Source of the DNA: an uncultured Actinomycetes bacterium
GTDB taxonomy: Bacteria; Actinomycetota; Thermoleophilia; Gaiellales; JAICJC01
Direction: 5' to 3'
Length of the DNA: 64,000 bases
Assembly (NCBI GenBank): GCA_963794415.1
Contig: CAWCDI010000001.1
Span: forward strand, 1,868,731 to 1,932,730
Both the position numbers and the translations under genes were made by a program. Every line of letters begins with the position of its first letter. Position 1 is the first letter of the stretch. The notes below the pieces were generated by a model that ran no database searches, was not told where the DNA came from, and saw nothing but the letters and a program-made list of their open reading frames with translations. Of this stretch, positions 35,423 through 48,492 are shown one piece after another.

Positions 35423-38400
35423 ATGGCAAGACTGCTCTACCGTCTGGGACGGCTGGTCGCTGCCCACCCGTGGACCGTGCTCCTGGTCTGGATCGTCGTC
35501 GCGGGCGGCGTGACGCTGCTCGTCAAGCAGGTCGGCGCCGACACGAACAACTCGGTGTCGCTGCCCGGCACCGGCAGCCAGGCTGCCACCGACCTGCTCA
35601 CCGCAGGCTTCCCGCCGCAGCAGAACGGGTCGAACCCGATCATCTTCCACACCACCACGGGGAAGGTGACCGACAAGGCCAACAAGCAGGCGATCATCGA
35701 CTCGTACAACGCGATCAAGAAGATGTCGATCGTCTCGAGCGCGACCAACCCGTTTGCCCAGGGCGCGAGCGCGCAGATCTCCAAGGACAAGCACACCGCC
35801 TTCATCGGGGCGCTCCTCAAGGTGAGCTCGAGCGACCTCACCGAGGGCCAGGCCCAGAAGGTCATGGACAACGCGAAGCCGGGCGTGAAGGCCGGGATGG
35901 AGGTGGAGGGCGGCGGCTCGATCGGCTCGGTGCTCTCGCCCAACGACACCTCCACGAGCGACCTGATCGGCATCCTCGCCGCGATGCTGATCCTGACGTT
36001 CACGTTCGGCACGGTGGTCGCGATGGGGATGCCCATCGGAAACGCCGTCCTCGGCCTCTTGACCGCGCTCGGCGTGATCGGCCTGCTGGGCCACATCATC
36101 GCCGTGCCCGACATCGCCGACACGGTGGCCACGATGATCGGCCTGGCGGTGGGCATCGACTACGCGCTCTTCCTGGTCACCCGCCACCGCACGCAGCTCC
36201 GCGAGGGCGTCGAGATGCACGAGTCCATCGCCCGGGCCGTCGGCACGGCGGGCACGGCAGTGGTGTTCGCCGGCTGCACGGTGGTGGTCGCGCTCGTCTC
36301 GCTGGTGGTCGCGGGCATCCCGCTGGTCTCGTCGCTCGGCTACACGGCCGCCGTGGCGGTGGCGACCGCGGTGCTCGCAGCCATCACCCTCCTGCCGGCG
36401 TTCATGTCGCTCGCGGGCCGCCACATCAACTCGATCGCCCTGCCGAAGCGGCTGCACCCGTCCGACGACCCCGAGAAGGTTGGCCTCTGGGGCCACTGGT
36501 CGAACCTGGTGACGGGCACGCCGTGGGCCCTGGTGGGCCTCGCGGCGCTCATCCTCGTGCCGCTGATGATCCCGGTGCTCGACCTGCGCCTGGGCCAGGA
36601 GGACATCGGCCAGACCGATCCGAGCACGATGGAGCGGCGGGCCTACGACCTGATGGAGCAGGGCTTCGGGCCGGGCTTCAACGGGCCGCTCCTCATCGCG
36701 ATGGCGCTCCAGCCGGCGGCGCAGACCGACCCTGCGGTGGCGGCGCAGAAGAAGCAGGCCGAGTCGCTCCAAAGTCGAGCTCGAGCAGGAGCAGAAGCAG
36801 GGTAACGCGATGGCGGCCGACCTGCAGTCCGGCCAGAAGTCGCTCGAGGCCCAGCAGCAGCAGCTCGAGCAGAAGCAGGCCTCGCTCACCCAGCAGTCAA
36901 ACCAGCTGAAGGCGCAGCAGGCCTCGCTCGAGCAGCAGCAGGCATCGCTCGAGACACAGGCGGCGGCGCTCCAGTCGCAGGCCGACTCGCTGCACGCCCA
37001 GGCGGCGTCGCTCGAGTCGCAGGCCCGCGCGCTGGCCGCCCATGCGCGCGACCTGGGCCGCCACCTCGTCGGCGTGCGGGCCGAGATCCGGCGCACCGAG
37101 TTCGCGATCGCCCACACCACCGATCCCGTGAAGCTCGCGGCGCTCAACAAGCGGCTCGTCGAGCTCCAGGCCAACGAGGCCCGCACCATCGCCGGGCTCG
37201 AGGAGGCCAGGCGCGAGGCAAAGAGGCTCGAGGCCGAGGCGAAGTCGCTCAAGCGCCAGGCCGTCGCGCTCGAGGCCCAGAAGGCCGAGCTCACCAAGGC
37301 AGGGGGCCCAGCTCCAGGCGCAGGCGGCGAGCCTCCAGCAGCAGGGTGACGCGCTGCAGCAGCAGGCCGATCAGCTGCAGGCCCAGGCAGACGCGCTGCA
37401 GCAGCAGGCCGACGAGCTGAAGCAGGAGAAGTCTGACCTCGACGCCCTCCAGGCCAAGGCGGCCAAGCAGCAGAAGCAGGCCGAGCAGCTGCAGGACGAG
37501 CTCACGAAGGAGCTCACCAAGGCCGGCGGCGACGACAAGGCAACCGACCCGCGCATCGTCGAGCTCCAGGACGCCCTCATCAACACGAAGGGCGACGAGC
37601 TGGTGACCCCGCCGCAGGTCTCCAAGCACGGAAACGATGCGGTCATGAGCGTCATCGCCACCACCGCGCCCTCGGCGGTGGCCACGGCCGATCTGGTGAA
37701 GCTCCTGCGCGACAAGGTGATCCCCAACAACAGCAAGAAGGGCATTGACGCCTTCGTGGGCGGCTCGACCGCCGGCAACGTCGACCTCGCCGCCGAGATC
37801 TCGAACCGGCTGCCGCTGGTGATCGGCACCATCCTCCTGCTGAGCATGCTGGTGCTGCTGGTGGCGTTTCGGTCAGTCCTCATCCCGCTGCAGGCAGCGG
37901 TCACCAACTTCCTCACCGCGATGGCGGCGTTCGGCATCCTCACGGCGGTGTTCCAGTGGGGCTGGGGCATCGACATCGTCAGCGTGAGCACCGACGCTTC
38001 GACCGTGCCCATCGCGAGCTTCGTGCCGCTCATGATGTTCGCGATCCTCTTTGGCCTGAGCATGGACTACCAGGTGTTCCTGCTCTCATCGGTGGATCAC
38101 TTCCGGGCCGAGGGCGAGAACGACCACGAGTCGGTGCGGCTCGGGCTGAAGGCGTCCGCGCGGGTGATCGCAGCGGCCGCGCTGATCATGATGTCGGTGT
38201 TCTCGAGCTTCATCCTGAACGGCGACCCGGTGGTGAAGCAGTTCGGCGTGGGCCTTGCGAGCGCGGTGTTCCTGGCGGCGGCGATGGTGCTGATGCTGGC
38301 GCCGGCGGTGCTGACGATCATGGGCAGATGGGCCTGGTGGATGCCGTCGCTCCTCGGCAAGGTCATCCCCGTGATCGACATCGAGGGGACGAACCTCGGC

Positions 38401-38457
38401 AAGCCGAAGATGGCCCGCGACGCAGAGCCCTCACCGACCCCAGCCGAGGGAGACTGA
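35423..38457 (+). CDS. MMPL/RND transporter with long coiled-coil insert; two apparent +1 frameshifts (~36770, ~37300)
   Basis: GLAVGIDYALFLVTRHR, GFGPGFNGPL, AFRSVLIPL, FGLSMDYQVFL, VIAAAALIM; Gln/Ala heptads at ~36730-37530. Confidence 0.88.
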
Positions 38458-38481
38458 CGACCGCTGCCGCCGGCGCGGGTC

Positions 38482-39905
<1,424 letters not shown>

Positions 39906-39913
<8 letters not shown>

Positions 39914-42900
39914 CGACGGCCTCCGATGCGCCCGCCGCTTCCAGCGCCGCCAGCTCGGCCTGCACCCGGCGCAGGTCGCGCGGCATCACCTTGCACGAAC
40001 GCCGCGTCCGCGCCCGCCGGCCAGTTCGCGAGGATCTTGGTCGCAGCCGGGCTGCCGGTGGCCTCGACGTGGCGGTGCAGCAGGTCGATCACCGTCTCCA
40101 GATCGTGCGTCGTCGAGCCGCTCGAGATCGACGCGTCTCGGTGTTGCACGGCGGCTCGGCAGGTCGGCGCCCGGGATCGAACACGTAGGCCACGCCGCCG
40201 GTCATGCCCGGCCGCGAAGTTCCGGCCCACCGTGCCCAGGATCAGCACCGTGCCGCCGGTCATGTACTCGCAGCCGTGGTCGCCGACGCCCTCGATCACC
40301 GCGGTCGCGCCGGAGTTCCGCACCGCGAAGCGCTCGCCGGCGCGGCCGCGGAAGAACGCCGCGCCGGCCGTCGCGCCGTAGAGCACGGTGTTTCCCACCA
40401 GCACGCTGCGCTCGGCCACGTAGCCGGCGTGCTCGAACGGGCGGATGGTGAGCGTGCCGCCGCAGAGGCCCTTGCCGGCGTAGTCGTTGCACGCGCCCTC
40501 GAGCTCGATGCGAAGGCCCGCCGGCGCCCATGCGCCCAGGCTCTGGCCGGCGTGGCCGGTGAGCCGCAGCGTGATGTGGTCGCGCCGGCAGCTCGCGGCC
40601 GGCGCGGCGCACGATCTCGCCCGCCAGGAACGCGCCCACGCTGCGATCGGTGTTCGAGACCGGCGACTCCACCACCACGGCGCGAGTCTCCGGCGAAGGC
40701 GTGCTCCAGCTCCGGCAGGAGCTCGGCGTCGAGCGAGGCCAGGGCGGACTGCTCGTGCGCCGCGCTGCGGCCCGGCGCGGGATAGATCAGCGCGGCGAGG
40801 TCGAGCGCGCTCTCGCGCTCGTGCAGCAGGTCGGCCCGGCCGACCAGCTCGTCCAGGCTCCGCGCGCCCAGCGCGGCGAGCTCGGCCCGCACCGCCTCGG
40901 CCAGGTGCATGAAGTAGGTGACCACGTGATCGGGCGTGCCGGTGAAGCGGCGGCGCAGCTCGGGATCCTGGGTCGCGATGCCCACCGGGCAGGTGTTGAG
41001 GTGGCAGACGCGCATCATCACGCAGCCCGCGGCGACGAGCGGCGCGGTCGAGAACGCGAACTCCTCGGCGCCCAGCAGCGCCGCGACGATCACGTCGCGC
41101 GGCGGTGCGCAGGCCGCCGTCCACCTGCAGCCGCACCCGCCCGCGCAGGTCGTTTGCCGCCAGCACCTGCTGCGTCTCGGCCAGGCCCAGCTCCCACGGC
41201 GACGCCGGCGTGCTTCAGCGACGAGAGCGGCGTGGCGCCGGTGCCGCCGTCGTGGCCGGCGATCACGATGTGATCGGCGCCGGCCTTGGCGACGCCGGCC
41301 GCGATCGTGCCCACGCCCGCGCCCGAGACGAGCTTCACCGAGACCGACGCCTTGGGGTTCACCATGCGCAGGTCGTGGATCAGCTGGGCGAGATCCTCGA
41401 TGGAGTAGATGTCGTGGTGCGGCGGCGGCGAGATCAGGCCCACGCCCGGCGTCGAGTGCCGCAGGCGGGCGATGGTGACGTCGACCTTGTGCCCGGGCAG
41501 CTGGCCGCCCTCGCCCGGCTTCGCGCCCTGCGCGATCTTGATCTGCAGCTGGTCGGCGTCGACCAGGTACTCGGCGGTGACCCCGAACCGCGCCGAGGCC
41601 ACCTGCTTGATCGCCGAGCGGCGCAGGTCGCCGTTCTCGTCGGGCATCGAGCGCGCCGGATCCTCGCCGCCCTCGCCCGTGTTCGAGCGCCCGCCCATGC
41701 GGTTCATGGCGATCGCGAGCGTCTCGTGCGCCTCGCTCGAGAGCGAGCCGAGGCTCATCGCCCCGGTCGCGAAGCGGCGCACGATCTCGGTCGCAGGCTC
41801 GACCTCCTCGAGCGGCACCGGCGGGCGCAGGCCGCCGGGATCGAGCAGGCTGCGCAGCGTCGCGCCGTCGCCGTCGGAGAGCTGGGAGAAGCGCGCGAAC
41901 GCGCGCGGATCGTCGTCGCGGGCGGCGCGCTGGAGCGAGACGATGGTCTCGGGATTCCAGCGGTGGTGCACCCCGCCGACGCGGAACCGGTACTCGCCGC
42001 CGCGATCGATGGGCTCCGCGTGGGGGCCGTGGGCGGCGGCATGGCGGCGCACCTGCGCGCGTGCACGTCGGCGAGCTCGATGCCGCCGACGCGCGACACG
42101 GTGCCGGGGAAGTAGCGCTCGATCAGCCCCGGCGCCGAGGCCGACGGCCTCGAAGATCTGCGCGCCGCGGTAGCTCTGGATGGTCGAGATGCCCATCTTG
42201 GAGCAGATCTTCAGCAGCCCGTCGCCGATGCGCCTTCACGTAGCTCGGCTGCGCGCTCGGGCGCGAGCGCCTCGAGCGCGAGGTACGGGCACACCGCCGC
42301 CGCGCCGTAGCCCAGCAGGAGCGCCACGTGCATGGTCTCGCGCGGCTCGCCCGACTCGACCACGAGGCCGCACATCGTGCGGGCGCCCTCGCGCACCAGG
42401 TGGGAGTGCACGGCGGCGGTCGCCAGGAGCGACGGGATCGGCGCGTGGTCCGTCATCCACCTCGCGGTCGGAGAGCACCACGATCGCATAGCCGTCCCAC
42501 GCCGCCCGCGAGGCGGCGCGGCACAGCGCGTCGACCGCCCGCTCGAGCCCGTCGGCGCCCTCGGCGACCGGGTAGGTGGCGGGCAGCGTGATCGAGGCAA
42601 ACCCGACGCGCTCGATGCTTCGCAGCTGCTCGAGCGCGTCGCGGGTCGAGCACCGGCGTGGGCAGCACCACCCGGCGGCAGTACTCGGGCCGCTCGTCGA
42701 GCAGGTTCCCGATCGCGCCGATCGAGGTCTGCAGGCTCATCACGAGCGCCTCGCGGCGCGGGATCGATGGGCGGGTTGGTGACCTGCGCGAACTGCTGGC
42801 GGAAGTGGTCGGAGAGCAGGCCGCGTCTGCCTCGCGAGCGCGGCCACGGGCGTGTCGTCGCCCATCGAGCCCACCGGCTCGGCGCCGTCCGCGAGCGGCT

Positions 42901-44364
42901 CGAGCACCAGCTCGATCTGCTCGGCCGTGTAGCCGAAGGTGCGGCAGCAGCCGCTCGCGCTCGCCGGGCTCGATCGGCGCCACGTCGCGCATCGGCAGGT
43001 CGTCGACGTGCATCTGGTGGCGGGCGAGCCACGCGCCGTACGGGCGGCTGCGGGCAAGCGCGCGGCGCGACCTCGCGCGAGCCGATGAGCCGGCCCGAGA
43101 CGGTGTCTGCGACCAGCAGCCGGCCGGGCTCGACGCGGTCGCACTCCACGATCTCGGACGGGTCGGCGTCGAGCACGCCGATCTCCGACGCGATCGCGAC
43201 CAGGCCGTCGGCGGTGCGCACGTAGCGGGCGGGCCGAAGGCCGTTTCGGTCGAGCGCTGCCACCACCTTGATGCCGTCGCGAGGCGACGATGCGCGGCGG
43301 GGCCGTCCCACGGCTCCATCACCGAGGCGTGGTACTCGCACATGGCGCGCACGTCCTCGGCGAGATCGGTGCGACGGGTCGGTCCAGGCCGGCGGGACGA
43401 GCATCGTGACGCGCGTGCTCCAGCGACCGGCCCGACATCACCAGCAGCTCGAGCGCCGCGTCGAGCTTGGCCGAGTCCGACCAGCGCTCCTCGGCGATCG
43501 GGATAGAGCTTCTGCAGGTCGGCGCCGAGCAGCCTCGGAGCGAAGCTGCGGCTGCCGCGCCGCAAGCCAGCTCGCGTTGCCGCGCACCGTGTTGATCTCG
43601 CCGTTGTGGGCCAGCAGGTTGAACGGGTGGGCGAGATCCCAGGTGCCCAGCGTGTTGGTGGAGAACCGGCTGTGCACTACCGCGAGGGCCGACTCGAAGC
43701 GGGGATCCACCAGGTCGGGGTAGTAGCGCTCGAGCTGGGTTGCCTTGAGCAGGCCCTTGTAGACCAGCCGCCGGGCGGAGAGGCTCACGATCATGAAGTC
43801 GGCCTCGCCCACTCCCTGCGGCCTGGGCGAGCCGCTCGATGCGCCGGCGGATCACGTAGAGCTTGCGCTCGAACTCGCCCTCGTCGCCCGAGCGGCGCTC
43901 GACGAAGAGCTGGCGCATCACCGGCTCGCGACGAGCGGGCGAGCGGGCCGATCGCGCTCGAGTCGACGGGCACGTCGCGGAATCCCAGCGCGCGATGGCC
44001 CTCCTCGGCGCAGACGCGCACGCAGAGCTCCTCGCAGCGCAGCCGAAGCGCCGGGTCGCGCGGCAGGAAGACGAGGCCCGCCGCCGTAGCCGCCGGGCTC
44101 CGGCAGCCCGTGGCCGAAGCGCGCCTCGAACTCGCGCCGCAGAAACCTGTCGGGGAGCTGCACCATGATGCCGGCGCCGTCGCCCGTGTCGGGGTCTGCG
44201 CCGGTCGCGCCGCGATGCTCCAGGCCGCGGAGGGCGCGGGTGGCGCGCTCCACCAGCTCATGCGTCTGGCGGCCGTCGAGCCGGATCAGCGCGCCCAGAC
44301 CGCAGGCGGCATGTTCGAATCGCTCATCGTAGAGCGGTGGCAGAGGAGAACGCTCGGAGCGCAT
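39906..44364 (-). CDS. gltB: Glutamate synthase large subunit, multiply frameshifted
   Basis: [116 protein letters not shown]. Confidence 0.92.
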
Positions 44365-44433
44365 CAGACCACCATAGCAAAATCCAAACCGTTTGGATTG
44401 TGACGGTTAGGTTACTGAAACTTTTGTTTCAGT
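44365..44433 (-). promoter_or_regulatory. gltB promoter: extended -10, two palindromic operators and a GlnR-like box
   Basis: TGcTATGGT 6 nt before ATG; AATCCAAAC-C-GTTTGGATT (44381-44399); ACTGAAAC-TTTT-GTTTCAGT (44414-44433); GTAAC-N6-GTCAC (44400-44415, minus strand). Confidence 0.65.
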
Positions 44434-44434
44434 C

Positions 44435-45457
44435 TCAGTTACCGAAGGTGTCGCTCAGCACGTAGCCCTCGGGAAACGGGTCACTGGGATCCACGAACAC
44501 GTGGCTGATGCCCGTGATCCACGCTTTCCCGCGGATTGCAGGCACAATACCGGGCCGATCGCCCACCGTCACCTCTGCGTCGATGCGCCCGTCGAAGGTG
44601 CTGCCGAGCGCCGAGGCGTGCGTCATCGTCTCGCCGGCCGCCATCAGCCCGCGGGCGTAGAGCGCCGCGATGCGAGCGCTCAGCCCCGTGCCGCAGGCCG
44701 ACCGGTCGATGCGCCCGGGCGAGATCACCACTGCGTTTCGCGTGACCCGGCCCACTCCCTCCCACGGCGCGGCGATCTGGACGATGCTGACGCCGGCGAT
44801 CGCGGGGTTTTCGGGGTGGACGCACTCCACCTGCTCGGCGGCCGCGGCGCGGATGCGCTCGCCCACACGGGTGAGGTCGCGCGCCTCGTCCGGCGTGATC
44901 GCAAATCCCAGCGCCGAGGCGTCGGCGATGGCGTACCACATGCCGCCGTAGGCGATGTCGGCCGTGACCGTGCCGAGCCCCTCCACCTCGAGCGCCACGT
45001 CCAGGCTGTGGGCAAAGCACGGCACGTTTCGGAACTCGACCGACTCCACCTTGCCGTCGCGGCAGGCCGCGTGCACCTCGATCACGCCGCCCGGCGCCTC
45101 CAGCCGCAGCACGGTCTCGGGCTCGTGCATCTCGACCATGCCGGTCTCGAGCAGCACGGTTGCCGTGCACATCGCGTTTGAGCCCGACATCGCGGGATAC
45201 TCGGTGGGCTCCATGATGATGAAGCCGGCGTCGCACTCGGGGCGGTTGGAGGGCACGATCAGGTTGGCGTGGACGGCGACGCTTCCGCGCGGCTCGCGCA
45301 GCAGCAGATTGCGAAGGCGATTGCCGTCGTGCTCCAGAGCCTGCATCCGATCGAATACGGTGTCGCCTTCCGGCGCGAGCACGCCGCCCGTGATGACGTT
45401 TCCCACCTCGCCACCTGCATGACAGCCAACCACCGTGATCGCCGTTTGAGTCCGCAT
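44435..45457 (-). CDS. Proline racemase superfamily protein (Ser/Cys catalytic pair)
   Basis: HAGGE, LLREPRG, YPAMSGSNA, DIAYGG, DRSACGTG. Confidence 0.92.
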   Translation of the reverse strand: MRTQTAITVVGCHAGGEVGNVITGGVLAPEGDTVFDRMQALEHDGNRLRNLLLREPRGSVAVHANLIVPSNRPECDAGFIIMEPTEYPAMSGSNAMCTATVLLETGMVEMHEPETVLRLEAPGGVIEVHAACRDGKVESVEFRNVPCFAHSLDVALEVEGLGTVTADIAYGGMWYAIADASALGFAITPDEARDLTRVGERIRAAAAEQVECVHPENPAIAGVSIVQIAAPWEGVGRVTRNAVVISPGRIDRSACGTGLSARIAALYARGLMAAGETMTHASALGSTFDGRIDAEVTVGDRPGIVPAIRGKAWITGISHVFVDPSDPFPEGYVLSDTFGN

Positions 45458-45480
45458 GAGTCCCAGCGAGGATACCGGCC

Positions 45481-47181
45481 GTGAACCTGCGGCTGCGCGA
45501 CCGCGTGCGCTCGGTCGAGCCCGACCGGGCGACCATCAAGGGCGATGTCGTGGCCGGCGTCCCCGTCGCCATCAGCGGCGTCCCCGACGGTATGGCCGCA
45601 TCGGTGCTCGCCGGCGTGAGCCCCGTGTTCGGGCTCTACTCGAGCTTCGCCGGGCCCATCATCGGCGGCCTCTCGTCCAGCACGCAGCTGATGGTGATCA
45701 CCACGACGAGCGCCGCTGCGCTGACGGCCGGCGGCACGCTGAACGACGTCTCGTTCGCCCAGCGGCCCGAGGCGCTGATGATCCTCACGGGCATGGCGGG
45801 CGTGCTGATGGTGTTAGCGGGCATCCTGAAGCTCGGCCGGTACACGCGGTTCGTCTCGATCTCGGTGATGATCGGCTTCCTCACCGGCGTGGCGGCAAAC
45901 ATCGTGCTGGGCCAGCTCGGGAACCTCACGGGCGCCGAGGTGTCGGGATCGGTGGCGATCCGAAAGGCCGTCGATCTGCTGCAGCATCCGGGGCGCATCG
46001 AGCTGGCATCCACGCTCGTGGGCGTCTCGGCGCTCGTCATCGTGGCGCTCGTCGCGCGCACGCGCCTGCGGCCGTACGCCGCCGTGTTCGGGCTGGTGAT
46101 TCCCACGCTCGCGTCGCTGCGGATCGACAGCATCACGCGCGTGAACGACGAGGGAGCCATCCCCACGGGCTTTCCGGTGCCGCACTTCCTGCCCGATCTC
46201 TCGGTGTTCAGCCCCAACCTGCTGGCGGGCGCGGCGGCGATCGCGGTGCTCGTGCTGGTGCAGGGCGCGGGCGTGGCCGAGTCGGCACCCAACCCCGACG
46301 GCTCGCACACCGAGATGAACCGCGACTTCATGGCCGCAGGATTCGGCAACGTGGCGGCGTCCATCTTCCGTGGCCTGCCGGTGGGCGGCAGCGTCGGGCA
46401 GACGGCGCTCGATCTGGCGGCGGGGGCGCGGTCGCGCTGGGCGCCGATCTTCGCGGGCGTCTGGATGCTCGCGATCCTCGTGCTCTTCTCGGGAGCGGTC
46501 GGCCGCGTGCCGATCCCCGCGCTCGCGGGTCTCCTGATCTACGCGGCTGTCCGGTCGGTGCGGGTGGACGAGATCAGGGCGATCATGCGGGCGGGCTCGA
46601 CGTCGCAGGTCGCCATCATCACCACGTTTCTCGCGACCCTCTTCCTGCCGATCGCGGCGGCGGTCGGCATCGGGGTGGCGCTCTCGCTGCTCCTGCAGCT
46701 CAACCAGGACGCGCTCGATCTGCAGGTGGTCGAGCTCGTGCCCGAGGGCGACACCTTCGAGGAGCGCCCGGCGCCTGCGGTGCTGCCGAGCCACGAGGTC
46801 ACGATGCTGCACGTCTACGGCAGCCTCTTCTACGCGGGCGCGCGCACGCTGCAGGCGCACCTGCCGGATCCGAGCGGGTCGCACGAGCCCGTGGTGGTGC
46901 TGCGGCTGCGCGGCCGCGTCACGCTCGGGGCCACCGCCTTCCTGGTGCTGGGCTCCTACGCCGAGGCGCTGCGCGACGTTGGCGGCCGGCTCTATCTCAG
47001 CGGCGTCGCGCCCGAGCTGATCGAGCAGATGCGCCGGTCACGCCGCGTCGAGGCCGCCGGCCGCGTGGAGATCTATGAGGCGACGCCGAAGCTGGGTGAG
47101 TCCAGCCTCGAGGCCTACGAGGACGCCGAGCATTGGCTGATCACAGCCGACGCTCACCCTCCTCGATCCGGTAGTCATTGA
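45481..47181 (+). CDS. SulP family anion transporter with STAS domain
   Basis: DVVAG...[42 protein letters not shown]. Confidence 0.92.
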   Translation: MNLRLRDRVRSVEPDRATIKGDVVAGVPVAISGVPDGMAASVLAGVSPVFGLYSSFAGPIIGGLSSSTQLMVITTTSAAALTAGGTLNDVSFAQRPEALMILTGMAGVLMVLAGILKLGRYTRFVSISVMIGFLTGVAANIVLGQLGNLTGAEVSGSVAIRKAVDLLQHPGRIELASTLVGVSALVIVALVARTRLRPYAAVFGLVIPTLASLRIDSITRVNDEGAIPTGFPVPHFLPDLSVFSPNLLAGAAAIAVLVLVQGAGVAESAPNPDGSHTEMNRDFMAAGFGNVAASIFRGLPVGGSVGQTALDLAAGARSRWAPIFAGVWMLAILVLFSGAVGRVPIPALAGLLIYAAVRSVRVDEIRAIMRAGSTSQVAIITTFLATLFLPIAAAVGIGVALSLLLQLNQDALDLQVVELVPEGDTFEERPAPAVLPSHEVTMLHVYGSLFYAGARTLQAHLPDPSGSHEPVVVLRLRGRVTLGATAFLVLGSYAEALRDVGGRLYLSGVAPELIEQMRRSRRVEAAGRVEIYEATPKLGESSLEAYEDAEHWLITADAHPPRSGSH

Positions 47182-47551
47182 TGCTCGCATCGCGGCGGCG
47201 CATGTAGCCGAGATCGTCGAACTCCCAGTGCTCGTTGCCGTGGCTTCGCCACCACTGCCCGGACGGGTCGCGGCTCTCGTACTCGAAGCGCACCGAGATG
47301 CGGTTGCCGTCGTGGCACCAGAGCTCCTTCTTGAGCTTGTAGTCGAGCTCGCGCTCCCACTTCCGCGTGAGGAACTCGACGATCGCGTCGCGGCCCTCGA
47401 AGAACTCGTCGCGGTTTCGCCACTTCGAGTCGATGGTGTAGGCCTTCGAGACGCGGTCGGGGTCGCAGGTGTTCCATGCGTCCTCGGCAGCCTGCACCTT
47501 CTGCCTGGCGGTCTCGAGCGTGAACGGCGGGACGGGTGGGCGGGGATCCAT
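47141..47551 (-). CDS. DUF1348 / NTF2-like protein
   Basis: RPPVPPFT...[48 protein letters not shown]. Confidence 0.93.
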   Translation of the reverse strand: MDPRPPVPPFTLETARQKVQAAEDAWNTCDPDRVSKAYTIDSKWRNRDEFFEGRDAIVEFLTRKWERELDYKLKKELWCHDGNRISVRFEYESRDPSGQWWRSHGNEHWEFDDLGYMRRRDASINDYRIEEGERRL

Positions 47552-47612
47552 TCGAGGTCAGCCTCCTGGTCGGTACGAGCGCGAGCTTGGTGACGATCTC
47601 AAGGTACCTCGG

Positions 47613-47960
47613 CTAGGGCCCGCCGGGCGTGAACACCTGCGTGCTTGCGCCCGTGCCGCCGGGTGCGATGACCGCGACATGACCGGCCACGGCGCCCGCC
47701 GGTACCCGGAATGTGATCTGGTAGTCCGAATCGACGTGGAACGCCGCCGTGGTGCCGTTGAAGAGCACCGACGTGACGCCGGCGAGGCCGGTGCCGGTGA
47801 TCACGACGCTCGCGCCCGCAGATCCCAAGGCCGGCGCGAACGACGTCAGCTCCGGTTTCGCCAGGGGTGCTGCCTGCACGTTGCCCGCGAGGCCGAGAAG
47901 GCCCGCCAGGACGACGGCAAGGAGGCCCAGTGCCGCCCTGCTTCCAGATGATGCTCGCAT
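47613..47960 (-). CDS. Small secreted IPT/TIG-domain protein
   Basis: Signal peptide ending VQA; P.LTSFAP..G..G.SVVITGTGL...V.FNG. Confidence 0.82.
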   Translation of the reverse strand: MRASSGSRAALGLLAVVLAGLLGLAGNVQAAPLAKPELTSFAPALGSAGASVVITGTGLAGVTSVLFNGTTAAFHVDSDYQITFRVPAGAVAGHVAVIAPGGTGASTQVFTPGGP

Positions 47961-48045
47961 GGTGTTCCCCTCGTGCCGATCGGTGTCCAGGCGAGGAACA
48001 CTACGATCTCAAAGCACGATCTGCAAGCTGATCATGTCAAAAAAC

Positions 48046-48486
48046 TCACTCTACAATGCGCCAATCTGTGTGCACGTCGGCGGTGGTCGAGGCCGAGATG
48101 AAGCAGTCGCGCTCGGCCTTGGCGGTGAGCCCGCGGGCCGCAGCAGCGTGACCTCCTGCCATGCGCGTGTGCACGGTGAGATTCACGCTGGTGAACGCGT
48201 AGCGGCGGTCGCTCTCGCGCCGCTCGAGCATGCCCTCCGCGCGCGACTCGTAGCTCACGATCTCGAGCCCGTGGTGGGCGCAGTGCGCGATGTAGGAGAG
48301 CATCGTGCACGACTGGAGCGACGCCAGGAAGAGGTGCTCCGGGCTCCAGTTGGCGCCGTCGCCCGACGGAAACTCGCTTGGCGGCACCACGATGAGCTCC
48401 GGCCGGTCGCCGGCATGCACCGAAGCGCGCCGCGAGCCGTCCCAGCGGAGGTCTGCCGAGTACGTGAAGACCTTGCTCTCCATCAC
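48046..48486 (-). CDS. OsmC family protein
   Basis: PPSEF, WSPEHLFLASLQSC, AERDCFISAS (both Cys present). Confidence 0.9.
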   Translation of the reverse strand: MMESKVFTYSADLRWDGSRRASVHAGDRPELIVVPPSEFPSGDGANWSPEHLFLASLQSCTMLSYIAHCAHHGLEIVSYESRAEGMLERRESDRRYAFTSVNLTVHTRMAGGHAAAARGLTAKAERDCFISASTTADVHTDWRIVE

Positions 48487-48492
48487 CCCACC

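Noticed and set aside
35387-37297. N-terminal 636 aa of the 1030-aa minus-strand ORF
   Set aside because: Antisense to the MMPL gene; the M24 protein begins at 35386 after a -10 box.
36760-37320. Programmed frameshifting in the MMPL gene
   Set aside because: No convincing slippery site, and neighbouring genes show the same insertion pattern, pointing to sequencing error.
48008-48032. CTCA-N15-GCTGAT sigma-28-like site
   Set aside because: Mismatched -10 and it points antisense into osmC.
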